From contig JANHCV010000009.1 in assembly GCA_025594325.1 (NCBI GenBank), forward strand, positions 1 through 64,000: DNA of 64,000 nucleotides. The letters are read 5' to 3'. Positions 47,744-57,027 of this stretch are shown here, piece after piece. Within the stretch, counting starts at the first letter, position 1. Each line of letters begins with the position of its first letter. Source of the stretch: Blastocladiella emersonii ATCC 22665. Lineage: Eukaryota; Fungi; Blastocladiomycota. A program made the translations under genes and the position numbers. The notes under the pieces are model-generated. The model made no database searches. It saw nothing but the letters and a program-made list of their open reading frames with translations, and was not told the origin of the DNA.

Positions 47744-49500
47744 ATGAAGGTCCTCGCGCTCGTCGTCCTCGCGTACCTGAGCGTCTCCGCCTCGGCGTCA
47801 CCGCTCGTGACGTCCGAGGTCGCCCCCGGCCGCACGTCCAACTACGCCAAGTATGTGCGCGACAACCTCGAGGGCTACCAGGTCGAGGCACTCAACCAGG
47901 TCAACGCCTGTACGTCATGCTCTCGCTTGCCGCGACCGCGATCCGCCACCGTGATCCCGCCGCCGTGATCATGCGCTGATCCCGTCGTCGACCCTGATCC
48001 GCTTCTAGGGCGCGCGACGCAGGGCGCCGGCGCCGTGTGCCTCAACGCCATGCTCAACGAGGCTGCGCAGGTGCAGGCCGACGACATGGCCCGCCACAGC
48101 CGCCTCGAGCATACGGGCACCGACGGCCGCGACCCCTTCCAGCGCATCCGCGCCGCGGGCTACGAACACGGCGCCGCCTCTGGTACGCACTGCTATCGCT
48201 AGCTGCTGCCGATCGTGGAGCCTAACCTAACCGGTGTGTAGAGAACATTGCGTACGGCTACATCTCGGCCGGGTACGGCGGTCCGACGCCGGCCGTCAAC
48301 GCCTGGAAGAAGTCGGCCGGTCATGCCAAGAACATGCGCTCGACCGCTGTCTCGCAGATGGGCCTTGCCTACGCTGTCGGCGCGTGCCCCGACAACCGCG
48401 CCAACCAGTGCGGTTTCTGGGCCCAGGTGTTCGCGTCCAACAACAAGGGCTACCCGTGCAGCTCGCAGGCCGACAACGACCCCAAGCCGGCGCCCGAGCC
48501 CAAGCCGGAGCCGCCGAAGCCTGAGCCGAAGCCGGAGCCCCCGAAGCCCGAGCCTAAGCCTGAGCCGAAGCCGGAGCCGACGCAGGCCCCCGCCCCTGCC
48601 CCCGAGCCGACGCAGGCGCCCGCGCCCTCGCCCGTCCCCGTGAAGCCGTCGCCCATCGAGGAGCCCAAGCCGATCGAGGAGCCCAAGCCGGAGCCGACCG
48701 CGACCGAGGCCCCGAAGCCCATCGTCGAGGAGCCCAAGCCGATTGAGCAGCCAAAGCCGGTCGAGGAGCCCAAGCCCGTCGTCCCCGCCCCGCTGCAGCC
48801 GACCGAGACCCCCGCCCCCGTCGCCCCCGTCACTCCCGCGCCCGCGCCCGTCGTTCCCGCGCCCGAGCCGACCAAGACCCACGAGCACCACGAGCACGCG
48901 TCTTCCGACTCGGAGACGCTGACGGGCGCTGCTCCGCGCGCGACCCCTACCACCGCAGCCAACATGGACGTCCTCGACGGCGGTGTCGTCGGCCGCCCGA
49001 ACGTGGTCGCCCCGCCGTCGCACGTTCCCGGCTACCAGCACCGCCTGCTGTCGCTCGTCAACGCGCACCGCCAGTACCGCAACCTGTCGACCGTGTGCCT
49101 CAACGACAAGCTGACCGCGGCCGCCGTTCGCCACGCGACCGACATGGCCACCAAGCTCCGCAAGGTGCAGCACATTGGCAGCGACAACTCGACGGCCTTT
49201 GACCGCATCCACGCCGCCGGGTACCAGCGCACGTTCGCCGCCGAGATCGTCGCGGCGGGCGCGTCCAAGAAGTTCGAGTCGGCCGCGCACGCGCTGCTGC
49301 TCTGGATCGACTCGGCCAAGCACGCACACGTCCTCGAGACGCCCGAATTCAACCAGGTCGGCGTGGCCAAGGTCCAGGCCGCGTGCGACGCCGTCGTCCC
49401 CGTCACCCGCAACTGCACGTACTGGTCGGCCGTGTTCGCGCACTCGACCGTCGAGTCGTGCATCGTCGAGAAGAACGCCACCGTCGTCGCCCGCAAGTAA
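47744..49500 (+). CDS. Secreted protein with two CAP/SCP domains and a PEPK-rich linker, 532 aa, join(47744..47909,48009..48182,48242..49500)
   Basis: Signal peptide MKVLALVVLAYLSVSASA. HTGTDG, ENIAYG, WKKSAGHAKNM, then the second domain NAHRQYRNL...QHIGSD...AEIV...KHAHVL...QVGVA. Introns of 99 and 59 nt; the second is at the same position as in the neighbouring paralogue. Confidence 0.92.
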
Positions 49501-50496
49501 GCTGGTCAGTCCCTCACGGGCCAGCCCAGTCGACCCGTTGAACGGGCTCGCATCCACATCATCCTCGCGCATTTGCATCCATTGCATCTGTATCGCCGGT
49601 GCGCCTTGAGATCATGACCGCGGGTAGACCTCGCCCGCCGCCATCGTCGCGAGTAGCGCCCCCGCGAGAAGCTCGCCGTTTTGTCCTACACACCATTTGT
49701 CCCATTTGTAATGTATATGTGCCCCTAGCATACTGTTGTTCTGCTTCATGTGAGTTGGTGGAGACTGCCGGTCTGCTGGCCAAGTGTGGCGCAGCGCGTC
49801 TCACATCCCCCGCGGTGTGTCTCGCATCCCGCCGGTTCCCTTTGATCCCGCAGTTCTTCGTGCAACGTACAGCGAGGCGATGTTCATGGTCCACTACACA
49901 GGCTCTCCATGGACGGTTCTGGTAGCTGGGGACGCACGATGGCAGTGCAACCATGTTCGGCCGACCAACGAGACCGCCGTCGAGGTCGCCCGTGTTGGTC
50001 GTTGGCCGCGGCGGTTGGGGTCATGCGCGGAGCCGTGCCCGTTAGCTGTTCCAAGCCGGAGGACGCGTCATTTTGGTCGGCTTAAGCGGGGCGAACATGA
50101 GACTCACCGGCTCGCGTTGCCACTGAGCCTCGGCGCCACCCGTTCGTCTGAAGGTGCGGCTTAGCTCGGGCGTCGTGGCTGAGCGCGTTTCAGCGTCAGA
50201 TCAGCGCCACGATCAGCGCCAGCGACGCGTCGCGGGTCTTCAGTGCTTGCTCCCGACGCCTCGCGACCGCACCGCTGCCGTTGCTGCGAGCCGGCAGGGA
50301 CGGTCGAGCGCGGCGACGATAAAAGGCGCGGACACCCCGCTCCTTTCCTTTGATCCTCACCAACCAACCAACCAACCCAACCAATCTAGCGTAGATCGCC
50401 TGGAGCCACTCTACACTACATCTCTTCAAGACTCTCTGATACACGTTGATCGTGCCCACCACCACCACCACCACCACCACCCAATCAACCACCAAG

Positions 50497-51390
50497 ATGT
50501 TTGCCTCGTACACCACCATCCTCGCGCTCCTCGCCACCACCCTCCTCCTCGCAGCGTCGACGCCGTCCGTCGAGGCGCACGGCCGCCTGACCAACCCCGC
50601 TGCGCTGGCCCGCGGCGACAAGCGCGTGTCCAACAACAACCCGTGCGGTGTGGGCGGCGCCAAGACGGCGTCCGCGGCCGCGGGCGCGTCGGCCAAGTCG
50701 GTGACGGCGGGCAGCACGGCGACCTTCACGTGGACCGTGACCAACGGCGACGGCGCCGGGCCCGTGACGGTCAAGGTCGACCCGACGGGCAAGGGCACCT
50801 CGTTCCCCGTGACGCTGCAGGTCGCCAAGCAGGTGCCCGGCCAGCGCGGCCGCATCTCGGGCGTCCGCAACCAGGCCTTCCCGTTCACCGTGCAGATCCC
50901 CGCCGACCTCCAGTGCTCGGGCCCCGGCGGCGCGTGCATGATGCAGGTCACCCAGCCCGCCGGCTTCGGGTCGTGCGGCATGATCACCACGGGCGCCGGC
51001 GGCGCGGGCGGCGATGCGGGCGCGGGTGACGATGCTGGGGCCGGTGCGGGCGCGGGTAACGGCGCTCGCAACAACCTTGACGCGGGCGCTGGTGCCGGTG
51101 CGGGTGCGGCCAAGAAGCAGGCGGGCCAGAACCGCCAGCGCGGCCAGAACCGTGCGGGCGCCAAGCAGAACGCAAACGCGGTGGCCAAGAAGAACGCCAA
51201 CGCCGCGAACCGTGGCGCTGCCGCGAACCGTGGTGCGGCTGCGAACCGTGGTGCGGCTGCGAACCGCGGCGCCGCGCAGAACCGTGGTGCCGCCCAGGCT
51301 CGCAACAACGGCGCGGCCGCGGGCCAGAACCGCGCGACGCAGCAGGCTGGCGGCGCTCAGCGTCGCAACCGCGCCGCGGGCAACCAGTAG
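50497..51390 (+). CDS. Secreted Egh16/GAS1-like (DUF3129-type) protein with His at the predicted mature N-terminus and an NRGAAA-repeat tail, 297 aa
   Basis: Signal peptide ending VEA|HGRL. Motifs NGDGAGP.TVKVDPTGKG, V..QVPG, FPFTVQIPADLQCSG..G.C and FGSC match the recalled Egh16/GAS pattern. Upstream ataaaa at ~50318 and TATA-like context. Confidence 0.7.
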   Translation: MFASYTTILALLATTLLLAASTPSVEAHGRLTNPAALARGDKRVSNNNPCGVGGAKTASAAAGASAKSVTAGSTATFTWTVTNGDGAGPVTVKVDPTGKGTSFPVTLQVAKQVPGQRGRISGVRNQAFPFTVQIPADLQCSGPGGACMMQVTQPAGFGSCGMITTGAGGAGGDAGAGDDAGAGAGAGNGARNNLDAGAGAGAGAAKKQAGQNRQRGQNRAGAKQNANAVAKKNANAANRGAAANRGAAANRGAAANRGAAQNRGAAQARNNGAAAGQNRATQQAGGAQRRNRAAGNQ

Positions 51391-51697
51391 GAAGATGTTG
51401 GTGTACGCGCGCGCTGGCCGCGCGTGGGTGATGCATGATAACCTGTAAACTATATAACCAACCATTTACTTGTAACTACTCTTGGTGAGCTCATGAAGTT
51501 GAACGGAGATGATGTGTTCATGGCCATGATCGGTCGAGTGATGGCCATGGCCGTGACACAACTCGTTGGCCGCGGTGAAGGCCGGCCTTCAAGTTTGACT
51601 TTTGCTCAAGCGTTCGCAAGGTCTTGGCAGCCGAGAACGTCAACTGAGAGTTTGATTGACAAGGGACTTGAAGCGTCAACAACTCAAGAGTTAGCGT

Positions 51698-51793
51698 TGT
51701 CGGTCTCGTCCGAGACTGACAATGGCCGCTGTCGGTCTCGTCCGAGACTGACAATGGCCGCTGTCGGTCTCGTCCGAGACTGACAATGGCCGC
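51698..51793. repeat. Three perfect 32-bp tandem units, each with an internal hairpin
   Basis: TGTCGGTCTCGTCCGAGACTGACAATGGCCGC at 51698, 51730 and 51762. TGTCGGTCTCG pairs with CGAGACTGACA (11 bp, one G.T). Confidence 0.95.
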
Positions 51794-51919
51794 GATGGCC
51801 ATCGTCGCCAACGAAGCGTTCGAGACCGAACAGCGGAGTGTGCATGGATAAAAAGTACATTGCTGGCTCAAAATGGGATATCACACAACATCTTCGTCGT
51901 CTTGTCTTGACTTCGAGTA

Positions 51920-52633
51920 TCACTCGGTGCGGCGCGGGACGGGCGAGTAAGCCGGCGCCGGCGCAGGCAACTCGGGGACCGCGACGGGCCGTGAGCTTGG
52001 CCCAGGCGCCATGGCCATGAGCGCGGTGCTCGACGAGGTGCCCTCGCCGCCGTCCGGCCCGTGCAGCGTGCGCCCGAGCGACCCGCGCGCGAGCCCGAGC
52101 GGGACGAGGTCCTCCTCCTGCTGCGCGGCGGCAGCGGCCATACTCCGGCGGAGCGTCTCGCGGTGCTCGGCCTCGAGCGCGACAGCGACGGCGGCGAGCG
52201 TGTCGGGGTCCGTGACCACGACGCCGTCGACGACGACCGTCACGTCGTCGGCGCCCGCGCCGTACGGCGGCGGCGGCGCGTCGTCGGGCCCCTCGGCGTC
52301 GGGTTTTGGGTAGCCGCCGGCGAAGCCCAGGGTGCGCTCGGCGCCGTACGCGGACAGCGCGCGCTGCTGTCTTGGCAGCGACGGCTCGTCAAAGTCGCCG
52401 CGTGCGCGGCGCTGCGCCATGTGGCGCTCGTACTGGAAGTGCGGGTGGTCGTCGTCGTCCTCGCTGGACGCGCGGCGGCGGTCGCCCGTGAACATGAAGC
52501 AGCCGCGGCGGCCGAGGTCGATGCACACGGCGACCAGCGAGATGGCGAGCACCACGCCCAGCGTGATGTACGCGATGGTCGCCGGGTCGAGGCCCTCGCT
52601 CGCGCGCGATGGTGGTGCGGCGGGCGCGTCCAT
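51920..52633 (-). CDS. Single-pass membrane protein with a cytosolic PPPPY motif, ~237 aa (longer start possible)
   Basis: gccaccATG at 52633. TM segment IAYITLGVVLAISLVAVCI followed by GRRGC. PPPPY at 52262-52276. The ORF is open upstream to 52825. Confidence 0.75.
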   Translation of the reverse strand: MDAPAAPPSRASEGLDPATIAYITLGVVLAISLVAVCIDLGRRGCFMFTGDRRRASSEDDDDHPHFQYERHMAQRRARGDFDEPSLPRQQRALSAYGAERTLGFAGGYPKPDAEGPDDAPPPPYGAGADDVTVVVDGVVVTDPDTLAAVAVALEAEHRETLRRSMAAAAAQQEEDLVPLGLARGSLGRTLHGPDGGEGTSSSTALMAMAPGPSSRPVAVPELPAPAPAYSPVPRRTE

Positions 52634-53348
52634 GGTGGCGCGGCCGTGCAGGGTTGTCCGGTCGTGGTTCGTGGCAATGGACGCGACGACGAGGATGGGC
52701 GAGCGGTACGACGAGGACGACGACGCCGGTTCTGGCGGGACGCCGTCCGGGCGTAATGGTGGCGGCACGATCATGGCCGCGGGCGGAGTGTGGTGGCGAT
52801 AGCGAGAGGGGGCGGGGAGGGACAAAGTTTCCTATGAGGTGGCGCGGGTGCGAGCGATGCAGGCTCTGCGGGTTCCGTGCAGGCCGCAGCAGTCGCCAGC
52901 TGGCGAGGACGAGATGCCGGCGGAAGAGCGACGATCCCCAATGATGAGCGAGCGTCGTCGATGATGGCCTTCCAAGGGACGAGGAGGAAGGGTCGACGGA
53001 GGCCGCGCGGGTCGGGTCGCGGATCGTCGAATTCGGCGGGGCGAGGGCGGCGCGTTGCGCAGACTCGTCGTCGCCGGTCAGAGGTCGATGCGTAGCAGGA
53101 GCGCTTGGCGCTGATAATGATGAAGATGAAGTGCACCGAGAGCGAGGACGGGACGATGGGCGAGGCCAGAGGGGCAAGCCGCTCCGCCGGCCGCGACGGC
53201 TGCTGCGGCTGAGCATCGCCTGCATGAGCAGCTCATGACCGCGGCTTCTCGACGTGTTCCGAACATGGATGATCGCGATGGACGCGATGAGCGCGCAAAT
53301 GCTAGTGAATGATATCTGTTGTGATGGAAAATGTACAGCGGGAATCTC

Positions 53349-56300
53349 TCACGCCACCAAGCTCGTTGCCGCCTCCGTGGGTGCTGCGTGGGCGACGTCG
53401 AGGACGACGGCCAGCTGCCCGGCGGTCGTCCAGTGCGGGCGCTCCTGGTACTTGACGTCGACGGCGACCCCGCGCGCCTCGGCGCCGCCGGCGCCCGTCC
53501 CGCGCCCGTGGCCCGCCGCGTCGAGCAGGTCGGCGAGGTCGATCCCACACGCGCGCCGCACGTACGGCACGCGGTGCGGGTGCGCCACGTACCCGATCAG
53601 CGCGCGGAGCCGCGCCACCTCGGCCGCAGTGCGCGCCGCCGAGAAGGTGACCGATACGTGGCGGACGTGGTCGTAGTGCGGGAGGAGCGGCGCGGAGTCG
53701 GCGGCGGCAGCGGCAGGGGCAGCGAGGATGGGCATCGGGGCAACGGTGCCCTGCGGGACCGACGCAAGCAGCGTCAGGACGGCGGCGGCGCGCGGCCCGT
53801 CGCGCGGTCGGCCGCGGACGACCAGCGTGTTGAGCCCGGGGAACGCGCCGGCGCGGACGAGCCCGACGGCCTCCTCGGGGACCACCTCGAACACGGTGAG
53901 CGTGGTGACGCGCGGGAGCGCGACCACGGGGACCGTCTTGCCGGGGAACCCGCCGAGGTGCATGTCGGCGAGCGACGGCGACGCCGCCAGCGCCGACAGC
54001 AGCGACGTCCACGACGTGCGCGACAGGGGCTGCGGGCACAGCAGCGTCAGCGACCGCGTAGCGCCAATCACCTCGCGGTACTCGTCGCCGTCGCCGTCGC
54101 GGCCCTGCACGAGGAACTCGAACGACGACAGCGGTCGCGCTAGCTTCGGGTACAGGTACTGCCGCAGCGCCGCGTGGCCCGACGTCAGGAACAGACGCAG
54201 CGTGCGGATCGTCTGCGGCGGCGGCTCCTCGGTCTCGTTCGCGGCGGTGCTGGTTCCAGTCGACAGCAGCGCGGCCTCGTCGGGGTACTCGACCACCTCG
54301 CCGTGCAGCTCGAGGTCCGTGAGCGCGTTGCACCGCTGGATCGCCGCGAGGAGGCCGATCCCGATCTCGCGCGCCGCGACATGGAGCGCCTTGAGCCTTG
54401 GCGCGCGCGCGAGCATGGCGGCGACGGCGCGGTTAGCTGCGCACTGGCACGCCACGGGCTCGCGGAACCGGACCACGAGGTGCGTGACGCTGGCCGACAC
54501 GAGGTACACGACCTGCGGCAAGAACGCCGACGGGTGCGAGGCCACGTCGATGGTCAGATGCGTCAGCGCGCGGTTGCACAGGACGCGCGTCAGGACCACG
54601 CCGAGGTGCGCCATGGACGACGCCGTGAACCGCGTCGATGCGCTGCGCAGCGTCAGCTTCTTGAGCTGCCGCAGGTGCGCCAGCACCGACGCCAGCGAGT
54701 GCGGCAGCGGCTGCACGTCGATCTCGCCCGTCTCGGTCTGCACCGGCGGCAGCACGGCTGCTGAGCCGGGGCCGGGTGGTGGGTGCGGGAACATGAACGC
54801 CGAGTTCGACGGAACCGAGGAAGGCGTCGTGGTCGGGTGCGTCGAGGAAGACACCGACGACGAGGGTCCCGTCGCCGCGTCAGCTGCGAGCACCGCGGAC
54901 CCGCCCATGGGGTTGGCCGAGGTCGGGAGCGTCGGCTGCGCGTACAGCATGGCGCCAGCGCTCAGGGGGCCCGGGGCGGGCGGCGGCGGGACGGCTTCGG
55001 GTCGAGACGTGGCGGAGGCGGCGCGGCCGTAGCGCGGGGAGAGGAGGGTAGGTGGACCGGGTCGTGGGGCAGGCAGTTGTGGAGGTGTCGCGGATGACGA
55101 CGAGGAGGGTCCTGCGGCGGTTGGGTCGGGATGAGGAGGAGCCCGGCTGGCGGGACCGGCCGAGGTAGGCAGCGCGCCGCCGGGTGCGGGCGGGGGAACC
55201 GGCTGGCCGTGCGGGAGCCCGCTTGACGCCCAGTGCGACGGCGAGTCGTTCGAGTCCGACTCGTCGCCGTGGTCGTCGCCGCCGCCGAGATCACCAGGAT
55301 CACCACCGCCACCAGCACCGCATACGACAGCGGCGCGACGGCGATCAGCGCGGCGACGAACGCGCGGGACGAGCTCAGGGGTGCGCTCGCGGATCGGCTC
55401 GGGGAGCGGCGAGCTCGAGGGCGACGAGGCGACCGACACGACGGACGAGGACGCCACGCTCGACGCGTCGCCAGCGAGCGCGTCGGAAGCGAGGTGGGGA
55501 ACTGGGCCGTGCTGCGGGGTGGTGACGAGGACAAATTTGGTATAGTCGGACAGCGCGCGCGTGGTGCCGGCGTCGGAGCCGGCGCCGATCGAGGAGATGG
55601 CGTCGGCGGGTATAGTGTAGAAGGTGCTCGGGACGTGCGACGGGTCCGCGGAAGGCGGGAGTGGTGGTGGCGGCGGCGGCGGCGGGTGCGGGTGCGAGAC
55701 GGCGGGTCCCGGGCCCGCGTCCGAGTCCGAGTCGGAATCGTCGCTGTCCGAGTCGTCCGAGTCGGTCATCGAGTCCGTGTCCGTGTCCGACTCGTCCTCG
55801 TCGGACAGGTCGTCGGGCGCGCGGTGGTCGTGCTGGTTGAGGGCCTCGCACTGGAGGTCGAAGCAGAAGGTGAAGGAGCGGATGACCTGCAGGTGCGAGA
55901 CGCTGGAGAGGAGCGGCGACACGAAGTGGCGGTTGGCGGGGGCCGAGGAGGGCGGTGGTGGCGGCGGGTCGTAGGGGTGCGGGCCGGGTTGGTGGTGACG
56001 ATCGAGGGCAGCGGGAGCAGCAGCAACGGGGAGTGAGCGGGTGCTGCGCTGACGGTGCAGGGCGACGGCCGAGGCGGTGGCGGCGGCGGCGTGGCCGTCG
56101 GCCGAGTGGTGGTGGTCGGGCCCGACGAGATGGGCGAGGCCGAGGGCGGGCGCGTGGGCGAGGGCGGCGTACTCTGGGTCGAGGGCGCGCAGGAGGGTGC
56201 GCGAGGGCGCGTCGGCGCAGGTCCACTTGCCCGACTCGCAGCAGGCCCACATGGTGGTGGCGGCGGCCTGCCACAGGAACGGGTAGCCAGCGGCGAAGAG

Positions 56301-56450
56301 GGCGCGGCAGGTGCGCATGGAGGTGAGGACGGTGGCGAGGGCGTCCTCGGGGGTGCTGGTGGTGCGGACGAGGGCGGCGAAGACGGCCGTGAGCAGCTCG
56401 GGCGGCAGGCGCGGCAGCGGGCTGGCCTGCGAGCGGTTGTGGCAGCACAT
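53349..56450 (-). CDS. F-box-like protein with C-terminal LRR-like strands, 1033 aa
   Basis: N-terminal LPRLPPELLTAVF...MRTCRALF...PFLW. Acidic and Pro-rich insertions. Repeated LKKLTLRS, LTHLTIDV, VTHLVVRF, LKALHVAA and LTDLELHG. The 3.1-kb open frame has strong GC3 bias. Confidence 0.85.
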   Translation of the reverse strand: MCCHNRSQASPLPRLPPELLTAVFAALVRTTSTPEDALATVLTSMRTCRALFAAGYPFLWQAAATTMWACCESGKWTCADAPSRTLLRALDPEYAALAHAPALGLAHLVGPDHHHSADGHAAAATASAVALHRQRSTRSLPVAAAPAALDRHHQPGPHPYDPPPPPPSSAPANRHFVSPLLSSVSHLQVIRSFTFCFDLQCEALNQHDHRAPDDLSDEDESDTDTDSMTDSDDSDSDDSDSDSDAGPGPAVSHPHPPPPPPPPLPPSADPSHVPSTFYTIPADAISSIGAGSDAGTTRALSDYTKFVLVTTPQHGPVPHLASDALAGDASSVASSSVVSVASSPSSSPLPEPIRERTPELVPRVRRRADRRRAAVVCGAGGGGDPGDLGGGDDHGDESDSNDSPSHWASSGLPHGQPVPPPAPGGALPTSAGPASRAPPHPDPTAAGPSSSSSATPPQLPAPRPGPPTLLSPRYGRAASATSRPEAVPPPPAPGPLSAGAMLYAQPTLPTSANPMGGSAVLAADAATGPSSSVSSSTHPTTTPSSVPSNSAFMFPHPPPGPGSAAVLPPVQTETGEIDVQPLPHSLASVLAHLRQLKKLTLRSASTRFTASSMAHLGVVLTRVLCNRALTHLTIDVASHPSAFLPQVVYLVSASVTHLVVRFREPVACQCAANRAVAAMLARAPRLKALHVAAREIGIGLLAAIQRCNALTDLELHGEVVEYPDEAALLSTGTSTAANETEEPPPQTIRTLRLFLTSGHAALRQYLYPKLARPLSSFEFLVQGRDGDGDEYREVIGATRSLTLLCPQPLSRTSWTSLLSALAASPSLADMHLGGFPGKTVPVVALPRVTTLTVFEVVPEEAVGLVRAGAFPGLNTLVVRGRPRDGPRAAAVLTLLASVPQGTVAPMPILAAPAAAAADSAPLLPHYDHVRHVSVTFSAARTAAEVARLRALIGYVAHPHRVPYVRRACGIDLADLLDAAGHGRGTGAGGAEARGVAVDVKYQERPHWTTAGQLAVVLDVAHAAPTEAATSLVA

Positions 56451-56988
56451 GGTTTTCTGTCAAGGGCGATGGGCAGGATGATCCAGGGGTGCGTGGGGAA
56501 GCGGTGAGTGGAATGCGCCACGCGGCGGAAATCGCCGCGTCGCAAATCGAGGGCAGGCGGGGCGCGAATCGAGGCAAGCGTACCTCGCGGCTCGGCAGGA
56601 TCCGGCGGAGAGTGAACGCGTCGCGTTTCAGAATCGTGCCGCGAGTCAAACGTCGCGGGCTATTCCGGGCCGCGGCGGGCGGGGCGCGAGCAGGGCGGGG
56701 CGGGGGGCGAGGCAGTGAGTGCAAGCAAGTCGGGCGGGACTGGCGCGCGGGTCGGCGGCCGGCGACGCGATCCAGGGCCGCGGGTCGAGACAGGCGGTCG
56801 GTGCAAGGTCCATGCAGGGAGAGGGAGAGAGAGAGGGGACGAGGGTGGGAAGGGGAGCGAGAGCGGGCGGGCGGGCGGCAGGGACCGCGACCGACCGACC
56901 CGAGGCGACCGGGCCAGCGCGCGGCGAGATCCCGGCGCAGCAGCCGCGGCCGCCCTGCTGCGTACGCCCAGCAAATCGGCAACGCGAT

Positions 56989-57027
56989 GGGGTGTGGGAT
57001 GTGGGATGTGGGATGTGGGATGTGGGG
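56989..57027 (+). repeat. (GTGGGAT)n heptamer run forming a canonical G-quadruplex motif
   Basis: ggggtgtgggatgtgggatgtgggatgtgggatgtgggg has six G3+ tracts with 3-4-nt loops, about 540 bp upstream of the F-box start. Confidence 0.8.

Noticed and set aside
13676-51552. Palindrome GGCCATGGCC in three non-coding regions (13676, 45754, 51543)
   Set aside because: Short and GC-rich in a very GC-rich genome; the flanks are not shared, so chance cannot be excluded without a genome-wide count.
51698-51793. CRISPR array
   Set aside because: The units are contiguous and identical with no variable spacers, no cas genes are nearby, and the context is eukaryotic.
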